From: Ammonifex sp.
GTDB taxonomy: Bacteria; Bacillota; Desulfotomaculia; Desulfotomaculales; Ammonificaceae
Length of the DNA: 64,000 bases
Direction: 5' to 3'
NCBI GenBank assembly: GCA_003604985.1
Contig: QZIW01000066.1
Coordinates: 6,948-70,947 of the forward strand
Below the pieces are notes generated by a model. It saw only the letters and a program-made list of their open reading frames with translations, did not search any database and was not told the origin of the DNA. Shown here one piece after another: positions 42,772 to 52,431 of the stretch; positions within the stretch are counted from its first letter, which is position 1; each line of letters starts with the position of its first letter. Made by a program: the position numbers and the translations under genes.

Positions 42772-45114
42772 TCACCCATTTGTCTGCTTAAAGAGCTTAA
42801 CGAACTCCTCGACCAAATCCGGGTCGAACTGAGTGCCTACACATCTCTTAAGTTCCTCTACGGCCTCCTCCACGGGCATGGCCTTGCGGTACGGCCGGTC
42901 GTTGGTCATGGCGTCGAAAGCGTCTGCGATGGCAAGGATACGGCACTCCAGCGGGATATCTTCCCCTTTGAGTCCAAGGGGATAGCCCTCGCCGTTCCAC
43001 CACTCATGATGTTTAAGGATCCAGTCGGCGATGGGCGGAAGGTCCGGGATCGACTGCGCGATGCGGTGCCCGATCTCGCAGTGGCGCTGCATCTCGGCGC
43101 GTTCATCCGCGGTTAGGGGGCCGGGTTTTAAGAGGATGCGGTCCGAGACGCCGACCTTGCCGATGTCGTGAAACAAAGCCAGGAGCCGGAGATCGCTGAC
43201 CCGATGGTCGGGAAGGCCGATAGCAGCGGCAATACCGGCTACTAAATCCTGCAAGCGGTCCACATGCCCCTCGGTGATGAAGTCTTTGGCCTCCAGCGTC
43301 TTCATAAGGGTCTGAACGATGGCGCTGCGGGCGCTGCGGCTGCGGTGCAGTTTTTCACGGTACATGTTGTTGTCGGCTTCCTTGTACAGTTCACCGACAT
43401 TTATTGTCCCTTCCTCACCGACCGCAAAACCCACGGATATACTCAGGGGAATCTCGGGGTTGGCCTCGTTGTACTTGGCAAGGGCATCCCGAATTCTCTG
43501 GCACGCGCCTTCAACGGCAGTCCTGTCGCTTCTCGTGAGCAATACGGCGAATTCATCGCCCCCGATCCGGGCAACCACGTCACCGTGGCGGAAGCATTTC
43601 CGGATTACATCGGCAGCGGCCACAAGCAGGTTATCACCCGCATCGTGCCCCATGGTATCGTTCACAAGCTTCAACCCGTCGACGTCGCACAGTATAATGC
43701 CTATCGGTGTGGAGCGCGACCCCTCCAGATGGTGCATCGCATCCTCGAAGTAAGTACGGTTGTACAACCCGGTGAGCGGGTCGTGCTGACTCAGGTGCTG
43801 CAGTTGTTCCTCCATACGCCGGCGCTCGGTAACATCATAAAACTGCTCGACCACTATTTGAATCTCGCCGTTTTCGTCCAAAATCGGGTTGCTCCGGCAA
43901 TCGAGATAGAGACCGAGTTCCGGTACGTATTTTTCAACCCGTTCCAACCGCTTCGTACGCCACGCTCGCTCCGTGGCGCAGGGGCGGCACCGGCTGGTCC
44001 GCCCGATCAGCTCAAAGCACCTCTTACCCTTGGCCTGTTCCGGCGTCAATTGCAGCAAACGGTAGCCTGCCTTGTTCAAACGAATAATCCGGTGGTCTGG
44101 GTCCTGGATCCCGACGGCATCGGGGATGGCATCAAGCACACCTTCCAGCAGCGCCTTGGCGTTACGGAGTTCTTCCTCCACCTTTTTGCGCTCGGAGATC
44201 TCCGTGAAACTTTCCACCAGGCACCGGCGGCCGTTCAAAGTCGCCGGCACAACGGTTTTAATGATCGGCACCGTCCCGCCGCCGTGCCTCAGCAGAACGC
44301 GCTCCGAATGGTCGATGCTTTGGCCGAGGTCGGTAATCGGACACGACCCCTTGCCCGCCGGACAGATGAACTGATTACAGGCCGCGCCGACAACCTGATC
44401 TTGCGGGAGACCTATCATCTCTGCGGCTACGCGGTTGACGGAAACGATTTCGAAAGTCTCCGCATCGACCACCACAATCCCGCTCTGCACGGAATCGAGG
44501 ATGATCTTCAGGCGGTTTTCACTTTCCCGCAGTGCCTCTTCCATCCGTTTGCGTTCCGTAATATCCACGCCAAAACAGATCACACCCTCGAATTTGTCCT
44601 TCTTCCACAAACCACTGCACTGCCAGGATATAAGTCTTTCCTCACCGGATTGGGTTATCACGGGGTTTTCAAGGGGTATGGGCAACACCACTTTTTTTGA
44701 GAGCATCCTTCTAAACATATCCCAGACGTACGGATACCGGTCTCTCGGTACGATGATGTCGAACCAGTTTTTGCCAAAGATTTCAGATTTGCGATAGCCC
44801 GTGATGGTTTCAGCGGTCTTATTGAAAAGTTTGATGCTCCCGCAGGCATCGAGGCCGACGATCATCAAATTTGCGGTTTGAATAAGGTTGTCGGTGAAAT
44901 TCTTCGCTTCCACCAGCGCGTCGATCGCCTGCATGTACTCAAGGGCCTCCCATTCCTCGGCACAGGCGCTACTGTCTTCCGAATCGGCGGACATGGCCCG
45001 CAGCTGCACGCTCTCCCGCAAGGCATCCCTTACCCCTCGAAGTTCGTTGATTTCCCGGCGCAAACGCCGCAGTTCCTCCAGCAATTGCGCCTTTGTCTTG
45101 TTCCGGTCGTTCAT
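42772..45114 (-). CDS. multi-PAS sensor with GGDEF diguanylate cyclase and HD-GYP phosphodiesterase domains
   Basis: 780 aa. RIGGDEFAVLL (GGDEF). LFHDIGKVGV and HHEWWNGEGYPLGL (HD-GYP). Confidence 0.85.
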   Translation of the reverse strand: MNDRNKTKAQLLEELRRLRREINELRGVRDALRESVQLRAMSADSEDSSACAEEWEALEYMQAIDALVEAKNFTDNLIQTANLMIVGLDACGSIKLFNKTAETITGYRKSEIFGKNWFDIIVPRDRYPYVWDMFRRMLSKKVVLPIPLENPVITQSGEERLISWQCSGLWKKDKFEGVICFGVDITERKRMEEALRESENRLKIILDSVQSGIVVVDAETFEIVSVNRVAAEMIGLPQDQVVGAACNQFICPAGKGSCPITDLGQSIDHSERVLLRHGGGTVPIIKTVVPATLNGRRCLVESFTEISERKKVEEELRNAKALLEGVLDAIPDAVGIQDPDHRIIRLNKAGYRLLQLTPEQAKGKRCFELIGRTSRCRPCATERAWRTKRLERVEKYVPELGLYLDCRSNPILDENGEIQIVVEQFYDVTERRRMEEQLQHLSQHDPLTGLYNRTYFEDAMHHLEGSRSTPIGIILCDVDGLKLVNDTMGHDAGDNLLVAAADVIRKCFRHGDVVARIGGDEFAVLLTRSDRTAVEGACQRIRDALAKYNEANPEIPLSISVGFAVGEEGTINVGELYKEADNNMYREKLHRSRSARSAIVQTLMKTLEAKDFITEGHVDRLQDLVAGIAAAIGLPDHRVSDLRLLALFHDIGKVGVSDRILLKPGPLTADERAEMQRHCEIGHRIAQSIPDLPPIADWILKHHEWWNGEGYPLGLKGEDIPLECRILAIADAFDAMTNDRPYRKAMPVEEAVEELKRCVGTQFDPDLVEEFVKLFKQTNG

Positions 45115-45398
45115 CCTTTTCGAACGTCCCTCCCGGTGGTCATCTTAAACTACGTCCCTTAATAAAATGGCAAATTAACGGCACCGGTTTCCACATAAAG
45201 GTGGCGGAGGAAGACTTTCGACAGAACCGTAGGATTTCCCTGCTTTAGGAGGATAATTTTCTACAATATTCGATATTTTTTTGAGGATAACGCGGATTAA
45301 AAGCCCCCCGAGGGGTTCGGCTGAGGGGAGGATTTCATGCGGTATTGTGTTGACGTTTAAGGCCGGGACTTGAGAATTCATTCCTTATTGTTCCGAAT

Positions 45399-46805
45399 CT
45401 AACCGTCTTTTCCCGCCGCTGCTTCCTCGCGCGTCGCATTCACAAGCGCCAAAATCGCGGCGGTCTTGTCGCGACCTTCACCGCTTCCGCGTGCGGAACT
45501 CGGGCTTAACGCAACCGGGACCGTGCGCAGGAGAATCTTTAGATCGAGGAGCAAAGAGTAGTTGCGGATATAGTAAAGGTCGTATCGCAGCTTGTCCTCC
45601 GGGGAGGTGGTGTAACGACCATAGACTTGAGCCAAGCCCGTAAGCCCGGGTTTAACAAGGTGGCGGTAGCGGTAGGCCTGGTGTACAAGCGTGAATTCGT
45701 CTACAAAAACCGGTCGTTCGGGGCGCGGCCCCACTAAACTCATTTCCCCCTTGAGCACGTTAAAGAGCTGTGGCAATTCATCGATTCTGGTGGCCCGCAG
45801 CACTTTCCCCACTTGTGTCACCCTTCGGTCGTCCGCCTGGGCCAGCGTGGGCCCCGTTTCCTCCTCGGCGTTTTCGACCATGGTCCTCAGCTTCAGCAAC
45901 CGGAAAACGCGACCGCGGTATCCCACGCGCTCCTGGACGTAAAACACGGCACCCCGTGAAGAAAAACGCACGGCAAAAACGGCCAGCGCGAAAAGCGGCG
46001 ATAGAACAACCAAGATCAGCAAGGCCGCGGTGATATCCACCGCGCGTTTAATCACCGTTTGCAGTGCCGACAGCCTGACGTCCTCCACCTGTAAAACAGG
46101 GAGGTCGTCCAACTGTTCAACCCTGGCTCCGGTCAGCATTACTTCGTACAGCTCCGGCACCAGGTAGACCTCGCGGCCCAAATCAAGACACAAGGCCACA
46201 ACCTTGGCCTTGTGCTCATGTGGCACTCCCGGCCCCACCACCACGCCGTCCACCATCGGTAAGTCCTGTTTCAACGCCGCGACATCACCAGGTTTTAGGA
46301 CCGCCCGGATGTGAATCAGGCCCTGCGGTAAATCAAGGAGTTTTTCGAGCACCGGGCGCGTGGTTTCCAGCAAGCCGACGAAGAGGAGTTCCCGGCGCCC
46401 GTGAACCAGGCGATCAAGGTACCAGCAGATGCCGCGCCACAGCAGCACGCCTGTAAACTGTGCAAAAAGACCCAAGAGCAGAACGCTTCTGGGAAAAGCA
46501 AATCCCCGCACCCAGAACGCTATGGCGGCCGTTGCCAGCCCCACACCGAATATTGCCGGCACAAGCGCCCTCATTACCGGCATAAACCCGCTCAAATGAC
46601 GCTCATAAAGACCAAGCCCGGCAAAAAGTAGAATTGCGGTAAGGCAGGCCCACGGCAGGGTAGCAAGGAGCGCCTCCATGTTGGTCGCCGGTGGAACGCC
46701 TCCGAAACGAAAGTAAAAAACCGCTACCAGCGCCAGGTTTAAAACCGCAAGGTCACCTACGGCTACCAGCCAGATCGGTATTCGTCTCAAATTCCTGTTC
46801 GCCAT
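45399..46805 (-). CDS. undecaprenyl-phosphate sugar phosphotransferase (Bac_transf family)
   Basis: 468 aa. Multiple TM helices. ...LKLRTM...DDRRVTQVGKVLRATRIDELPQLFNVLKGEMSLVGPRPERP. Confidence 0.85.
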   Translation of the reverse strand: MANRNLRRIPIWLVAVGDLAVLNLALVAVFYFRFGGVPPATNMEALLATLPWACLTAILLFAGLGLYERHLSGFMPVMRALVPAIFGVGLATAAIAFWVRGFAFPRSVLLLGLFAQFTGVLLWRGICWYLDRLVHGRRELLFVGLLETTRPVLEKLLDLPQGLIHIRAVLKPGDVAALKQDLPMVDGVVVGPGVPHEHKAKVVALCLDLGREVYLVPELYEVMLTGARVEQLDDLPVLQVEDVRLSALQTVIKRAVDITAALLILVVLSPLFALAVFAVRFSSRGAVFYVQERVGYRGRVFRLLKLRTMVENAEEETGPTLAQADDRRVTQVGKVLRATRIDELPQLFNVLKGEMSLVGPRPERPVFVDEFTLVHQAYRYRHLVKPGLTGLAQVYGRYTTSPEDKLRYDLYYIRNYSLLLDLKILLRTVPVALSPSSARGSGEGRDKTAAILALVNATREEAAAGKDG

Positions 46806-46853
46806 AACACCTGATCCAAATACCTATTAAGGCGGTCTGTTGAAAGCACCCCG

Positions 46854-48041
46854 CTAACTTCGCTGCAGGCCGCCGTTTTTCCTCCTCGCCTCACCCGCCA
46901 AATAAAACCTGTAGATCCCGGCCATCTCTTCTCTTACCCTCGACAAATCGTACGCCTGCACCTGTTTTTTCCCCTCGTCGCCCATCCGCCGCCCCAGGTT
47001 CTTGTCCTGCAGCAAGGCCACAAGCGCCGTTGCAGTGCCGGCCGCATCGCCCACCTCAACAAGGAATCCGTTCGCTTTGTCCGCCACCAAATCCCTGTTT
47101 CCCCTGACGTTTGTGGCCACCACCGGTTTTGCCGCCGCCATGGCTTCGAGAATGACGCGCGGCAGCCCTTCCCGCTTGGAGGTCAAAACTACTACGTCTG
47201 CGCACGCTATAACCCGCGGCACGTCGTTCCGGAACCCCAAGAACCTGACATTTTGCCAAACCCCTAAATCTCGCGCCAGATTTTCAACCGCCCGGCGCCT
47301 TTCTCCTTCGCCTGCCAGCAACAAGACCGCTTGAGGCAGCGTCCGCACAACTTCGCGCCAGGCCCGGAGCACTTGCTCGTGATTTTTCACCCTGCTGAAC
47401 TCTGCGACGGCAACCGCCACCGGCACATCCGGCCTCACATCCAACTCCTGCCTGATTCCGGACTTTGCTTCGTCAACCTTATCGAACGCTTCCAGGGTTA
47501 CTCCCACACCGGGTATCAGGAACACCTCACCCCTCACCGGCAGACCCCGCGCGCGGGTTAAGTCTTCTTCATTCAACACTATCATCCCGTCCGTCCAACG
47601 GGCCGCCAACCATTCCATCGGGTAATAGAAAAGCCAGTTGCGTACAGGCGCCCCCTTGAAAAAATGTAAACCGTGCGCCGTATAAAGTACGGGCCTGAAG
47701 CCGCAGAGCCTGGCGGCCAGGCGCGTCAGGAAAGAGGCCACCGGCGTATGTACATGTACCAGCGCGTATGAACGGTGCTTTAGAATCCCTACCAGGCATA
47801 TAAGCGCTCTTAAGTTTGACCAGGAGAGCGGCCGCCTTCCGAAAGGGACCTGGTTCAGCTTCACCCCCAGCGGGTCAAAAGCTTCCGCCTCGCCCGCAGG
47901 ATCGCAAGCCGATTCGACCTCATAACCCCACTGCTGAAACATGTTTAAATAGGGGACGTGAAAGGCCAGCAGGTGCCGGGCCACCGTTGCCACGAATAAT
48001 ATTCGCCCAGTTTCCTTCGCCATGTTCCACCTTAAGTCCAA
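46854..48041 (-). CDS. glycosyltransferase family 4 (GT-B fold)
   Basis: 395 aa. ...VVLTSKREGLPRVILEAMAAAKPVVAT... E-x7-E region. The start may be ATG 48023. Confidence 0.8.
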   Translation of the reverse strand: MDLRWNMAKETGRILFVATVARHLLAFHVPYLNMFQQWGYEVESACDPAGEAEAFDPLGVKLNQVPFGRRPLSWSNLRALICLVGILKHRSYALVHVHTPVASFLTRLAARLCGFRPVLYTAHGLHFFKGAPVRNWLFYYPMEWLAARWTDGMIVLNEEDLTRARGLPVRGEVFLIPGVGVTLEAFDKVDEAKSGIRQELDVRPDVPVAVAVAEFSRVKNHEQVLRAWREVVRTLPQAVLLLAGEGERRRAVENLARDLGVWQNVRFLGFRNDVPRVIACADVVVLTSKREGLPRVILEAMAAAKPVVATNVRGNRDLVADKANGFLVEVGDAAGTATALVALLQDKNLGRRMGDEGKKQVQAYDLSRVREEMAGIYRFYLAGEARRKNGGLQRS

Positions 48042-48058
48042 ATAGCTCTTGGCTTACG

Positions 48059-48883
48059 CTAACAAGCCGTCCATTTAAGCGCCGGCTTTTGTCCAATGAT
48101 ACCCGCCCGGTGACCTCGGGACAGCAGTTCGTCCACCGCGCGCCGGCCTTGCTCCCCGAGGTCGAGGGTCCATGCGTTCACGTACATGCCGACAAATCGG
48201 TCGGCGTCCTCCTTGCCAAGCCCCCTGGCATAAGAAAGCGCGTGACTGAGCGCCTCGTCCCGGTGTGCGAGCGCCCAGCCGATGGCTTGTCGCAACAAAC
48301 CGTCAATCTCGGCCGCCCGGTTTTCGTGCCGCCGGTGAAGCACATTCCCTCCGAGGGGCAGGGGCAACCCCGTTTCTTCTTTCCACCATGCCCCAAGGTC
48401 GATGATTTTTTTTAGCCCTTCTTGCGGGTAAGTAATCTGGCCTTCGTGGATGATCAAACCGCCTTCCACCTGACCGTTAATTACCGCGCCTGCTATTTGG
48501 TCAAAAGGCAGAACTTTAGTTTTCACACTTGGGCGCCAGAGTTTTAGGGCCAGGTAGGCCGTGGTCATCTCCCCCGGCACCGCAACGGCCGCGGGCACTT
48601 TCTCGTCGGGCGCATCCGCCGGAACCACCACGAGCGGGCCGTACCCGTCGCCCACGCTCGCCCCACACGAAAGAAGGAGATAGTTCTTTGCGACGTAAGG
48701 ATAAGCGTGGAAGGAAATCGCCGAGACGTCGTAAACCCCCTCGAGCGCCGCCCTGTTAAGGGTTTCAATGTCCTGGAGCACATGTTTGAAAGAATAACCA
48801 CAGATCTCGAGCTTTCCCAGGGCAAGGGCGGAAAACATAAAGGCGTCATCGGCATCGGGGCTGTGGGCTAACGTTAGTTCCAA
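48059..48883 (-). CDS. MqnA/MqnD-family (futalosine pathway) protein
   Basis: 274 aa. ...LAHSPDADDAFMF...DIETLN...YDVSAISFHAY.... Confidence 0.6.
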   Translation of the reverse strand: MELTLAHSPDADDAFMFSALALGKLEICGYSFKHVLQDIETLNRAALEGVYDVSAISFHAYPYVAKNYLLLSCGASVGDGYGPLVVVPADAPDEKVPAAVAVPGEMTTAYLALKLWRPSVKTKVLPFDQIAGAVINGQVEGGLIIHEGQITYPQEGLKKIIDLGAWWKEETGLPLPLGGNVLHRRHENRAAEIDGLLRQAIGWALAHRDEALSHALSYARGLGKEDADRFVGMYVNAWTLDLGEQGRRAVDELLSRGHRAGIIGQKPALKWTAC

Positions 48884-49029
48884 CCGTAATCCCTCCCTGT
48901 CTTCACAGTAAAAAATTATAACATGTCTTAAGGCCCATGATTATACCGAGTTTGGACAAACCGGTGGGTAAGTTCAAAATTCCGTGGTTCGGGTTCGCCG
49001 GGCAAATGCGGTAATCAGCGCCGTGAGCG

Positions 49030-49764
49030 TCACGGTGGTCCGCCCGCGAACCCTTTCCATGAATATAAGAACCCAAAGAGTACCGGCTGGTGGACAAGGT
49101 AAATGACGAGCGAGCGGTACCCCAGATACGTAAGCAGCCGAACCGCCCGGGCGGAGGGAATTTCTTTCAACCTTATCAAGCGCGCTCCGCGGGGGTAAAA
49201 AATGCAACCCGCGCCAATTCCCACAAGCACCACCCCAAACCAGGGAAAAACGGGAACATAGTCAACCATGTAAAGGTCGGGCGGGCTCAGCCCCAGCCAG
49301 ACAAGCCAGGGGAAATCAACCGTTATCCGTGCGAAATAGTTGCCGGCAGCGATGAAAGCTGCGCCGAAAACCAGGTTACCCGCACCGAACCGCAAAAAGG
49401 GGTAGGCGAAAATTAGAGCGAAGCCGATTAAGTGCAGGACCCCGAAAAACACCGTACCCTCACCCAAAAAAAGCCGGGTAACAACGGTGATCAGAATCCC
49501 CCAAACCAGAATTTTTAGCCCTCTGCTTAAATACGCTGTAAACCGGACCCGTCGCATACGCGCATAACCAAGCCACAAAGAAACCCCCACCAGGAAGACG
49601 AAGGTGGTGAGGATGGCTTTCTGGAACAGAAGCCAGAGCCCTGCCGTCACATCCCCGTGGTAAAAACCCAGATAGTTTAAGTCCCAGGCGAGGTGGTAAA
49701 CGACCATCGCCACAATGGCCGACCCGCGCAGCGCGTCGATCTCCCACAAGCGCCCGACCTTCAT
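49030..49764 (-). CDS. DUF1624 / acyltransferase-like integral membrane protein
   Basis: 244 aa. ...EIDALRGSAIVAMVVYH... followed by multiple TM segments. Confidence 0.65.
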   Translation of the reverse strand: MKVGRLWEIDALRGSAIVAMVVYHLAWDLNYLGFYHGDVTAGLWLLFQKAILTTFVFLVGVSLWLGYARMRRVRFTAYLSRGLKILVWGILITVVTRLFLGEGTVFFGVLHLIGFALIFAYPFLRFGAGNLVFGAAFIAAGNYFARITVDFPWLVWLGLSPPDLYMVDYVPVFPWFGVVLVGIGAGCIFYPRGARLIRLKEIPSARAVRLLTYLGYRSLVIYLVHQPVLFGFLYSWKGFAGGPP

Positions 49765-49928
49765 CCCCGGTTGCCTCCCGAAGGGTGACTTCTAATTATT
49801 CTTACGGTTGTAATTACCGCCGTCAATAGCTGCCGGCGCATCTTTGCGAACGGGAGGGAAGGAAACACAACTTTTGTGCTGCTGCCCGGGACCTTGTGTG
49901 ATGGCCGAAACACGCATCGCGTGAAATA

Positions 49929-49950
49929 AAAAAGCCGCTTCCGCGGCCTT
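49929..49950 (-). terminator. weak rho-independent terminator after the small acidic ORF
   Basis: Minus-strand RNA GCCGC-GGAA-GCGGC followed by UUUUUAUUU. Confidence 0.4.
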
Positions 49951-49967
49951 CCAAATGGTTCCTCGTT

Positions 49968-50096
49968 TTAGGCATCAAACTCAACCACAATCGGGTTCTT
50001 ATCTTTGTCGTCCAACTCGCTAAGAAATTCTTCTGAAGAAAGGAAGCGGTACTGTACTTCTTCTCCTTCAATCCAGGTGACCAGGTACATTGACAT
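49968..50096 (-). CDS. possible 42-aa acidic protein
   Basis: Own translation: MSMYLVTWIEGEEVQYRFLSSEEFLSELDDKDKNPIVVEFDA. AAAGGTGG upstream, and TGTTATAAT (extended -10) further upstream. Too short for the ORF track. Confidence 0.4.
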   Translation of the reverse strand: MSMYLVTWIEGEEVQYRFLSSEEFLSELDDKDKNPIVVEFDA

Positions 50097-50237
50097 TATT
50101 CTTGCTGCCACCTTTCATGTATTCTGTATACAATACTATTAAGATTATAACAATTCTATGCCGAAGGGGCAACCGGTTTTATAAAATGCGTGGGCCGGGA
50201 AAAGCCTGGGTAAACCCGAGTAGGCGCCTGATCGACG

Positions 50238-50963
50238 TTATTTCACGCCCATACGCCGAAGCATGACTCGCCTGGCGTTTTTTTCAAAGGTGTCGTCCAA
50301 CCCCTTGATGAAACGTTTGTCACCGCGCCGATTAAGAGCGAGTCTAAGAAGGTAGTCCGTAAGGTGCGAATTCTTCGGCAGGAGGGGACCGTGCAGGTAA
50401 GAGCAAAAAACGTTTTTGTAGCGGGCCCCCTCAAAACCGTCCCGGCCGTTGTTCCCGTACCCCTTGAGCACCCTCCCCAAAGGCTTGATATTCCCGAGGA
50501 AAGTCTGCCCGGAATGGTTTTCGAAGCCGCAGGCCTGTACCTTGTGACCGCCAAACTCCAGTTCGATGGCGATGTTGCCTATAAGCCGCTTACTACCCGC
50601 CTGAGTGTAGAAATCAAGGATCCCCAGGCCGGGTATTTCCGTCCCGTCCAGGGTGCGGTAGTAATGTCCTAACAACTGGTAACCGCCGCAGATAGCCAGA
50701 ACGACGAGGCCGTCTTCAATGGCGTCAGCCAGATCGGCGGTCCGGGTTCTCAGATCGGCGGTTATCAACTCCTGTTCCCGGTCGGAACCCCCGCCTAAGA
50801 AAAGAAAATCCGCCCGGGCAAAATCAATCGACTCACCCAGATTGATTTCCTCCACCTGCACCGGGATACCCCGCCACCGGCAGCGCTTAACAAACGCAAT
50901 GATATTCCCGCGGTCACCGTAAAGGTTAAGAAGGTCGGGGTAAAGATGACAGACGGTCAGCAT
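50238..50963 (-). CDS. gatD: lipid II isoglutaminyl synthase glutaminase subunit GatD (CobQ-type amidotransferase)
   Basis: 241 aa. MLTVCHLYPDLLNLYGDRGN... and ...LAICGGYQLLG.... Overlaps the upstream murT gene. Confidence 0.8.
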   Translation of the reverse strand: MLTVCHLYPDLLNLYGDRGNIIAFVKRCRWRGIPVQVEEINLGESIDFARADFLFLGGGSDREQELITADLRTRTADLADAIEDGLVVLAICGGYQLLGHYYRTLDGTEIPGLGILDFYTQAGSKRLIGNIAIELEFGGHKVQACGFENHSGQTFLGNIKPLGRVLKGYGNNGRDGFEGARYKNVFCSYLHGPLLPKNSHLTDYLLRLALNRRGDKRFIKGLDDTFEKNARRVMLRRMGVK

Positions 50964-52356
50964 TGTTTACCTCCATTGCGTAGCGCCGGAGTATTTTGTC
51001 AACCGGCCAGAGCGCAGTATAGGTGGCCAAAAGGTAGACTCCGCTGCCCATACCCTCCAGAACCCGGCGGACGCCGCTCTTAATGGCGGGATGTACCTCA
51101 ATTTTCCCTGTAGGCACGCCGGCATATTTGAGGCGCAGGGCCATCTCTTCCGCCCTCCTCCCGGAACAGACGAAACAGAGAATTTGTTTTTGTCGTTCGA
51201 GGGATTCAAAGTCCACGTCCCAAATCCAGGAAATGTCGCGGCCGTCGGCATCGTTATCGTTCAAGGCAATGAACACATCTTTGGGCTGGGGGGAGCCAAT
51301 CAGGTTCAGGCTTTCGTTGAAGCCGGCAGGGTTTTTCACCAGATTAAGGTACACCGGCCTGCCTTTGTAGACAAATTTCTGCAGGCGTCCTACCGCAGGC
51401 ACGTAAGTGCTGAGGCTTGCGGCGATCTTCTCCGGCGCTATTCCCAGCCACAGTCCGGCACCCAACACGGCTAGAGCGTTAAAAACGTTATAAAACCCGC
51501 TGGTCGGGAGTATAACCTGGGTTAAGGTTTCCTTCACCCTTACACTGCAGTGTGTTGTATGGTCGGTGGTAAATACGGTATTAGCCTCTACGTCCGCCGG
51601 GGGTCGCGCAAAGCCGCACCCGGGGCACCTGAACGCCCCGAGTTGGCTGTAGTGGTAATAAGCGTAAATAAACTCCTTGCCGCAAAGCGGGCAAAAGCGC
51701 GCTTCCCTGGTCGGCGTTTGGGCTTCTTTACCCCGGATGCGGTTGCCCAACCCGTAAAAAATGAATGGCCGGCCCACGCCGGCAAACTGAGCCACCAAAG
51801 GATCATCTGCGTTCAGCACCAGCTTAACGGCGGGGATCCTCTGCAACGTAGTTTTGATGTAAGAAACCGTTTTGTCCAGTTCGCCATACCGGTCAAGTTG
51901 GTCCCTGAAGAAATTGGTGACGACCACAACCGTCGGCTTGACTAACTCCGCTACCTGCGGGAAGGCCGCTTCGTCCACCTCCAGAAGCGCGGCGTCGTGT
52001 TTCAGCCCCCCCCTGATCCCTGCCGCTCTAATAAAAGCCGCGGTCACCCCGGTAATCAGGTTCGCCCCTTCACGGTTGGCGATCACCCGGCGGCCGCAGG
52101 ACTCTAACACACCGGCCAGCATGTTGTTGGTGGTGGTCTTGCCGTTTGTCCCGGTCACCAGGACGGCACACGGGACCTGCCGGGCAAGGGCCTCCAGCGT
52201 TCCCGGGAAAACGCGCAGCGCTACCACCCCCGGCAGCGAAGACCCGCGCCCCCCAAAAATTCTACTTAAATAGTGGGCTACCTTCCCGGCGGCAATTGCG
52301 GCTATAATCCGGATGCGCACTGAAATTCCCCCATGTTTAGGTAAACCATATCTCAT
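50926..52356 (-). CDS. murT: lipid II isoglutaminyl synthase MurT (Mur ligase family)
   Basis: 476 aa. VTGTNGKTTT P-loop and CPLCG...CPGCG zinc ribbon. Paired with gatD. Confidence 0.8.
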   Translation of the reverse strand: MRYGLPKHGGISVRIRIIAAIAAGKVAHYLSRIFGGRGSSLPGVVALRVFPGTLEALARQVPCAVLVTGTNGKTTTNNMLAGVLESCGRRVIANREGANLITGVTAAFIRAAGIRGGLKHDAALLEVDEAAFPQVAELVKPTVVVVTNFFRDQLDRYGELDKTVSYIKTTLQRIPAVKLVLNADDPLVAQFAGVGRPFIFYGLGNRIRGKEAQTPTREARFCPLCGKEFIYAYYHYSQLGAFRCPGCGFARPPADVEANTVFTTDHTTHCSVRVKETLTQVILPTSGFYNVFNALAVLGAGLWLGIAPEKIAASLSTYVPAVGRLQKFVYKGRPVYLNLVKNPAGFNESLNLIGSPQPKDVFIALNDNDADGRDISWIWDVDFESLERQKQILCFVCSGRRAEEMALRLKYAGVPTGKIEVHPAIKSGVRRVLEGMGSGVYLLATYTALWPVDKILRRYAMEVNNADRLSSLPRPS

Positions 52357-52431
52357 TATACTACCCGAACATTGAAAATCAAGGCGACCACTGTAGGATA
52401 CGGTCCCCTACGGATCGGCCGGATTTTCCGT

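Noticed and set aside
43264-44700. 478-aa plus-strand ORF
   Set aside because: It is antisense to the clearly recognisable PAS-GGDEF-HD-GYP gene, with low-complexity, non-protein-like composition.
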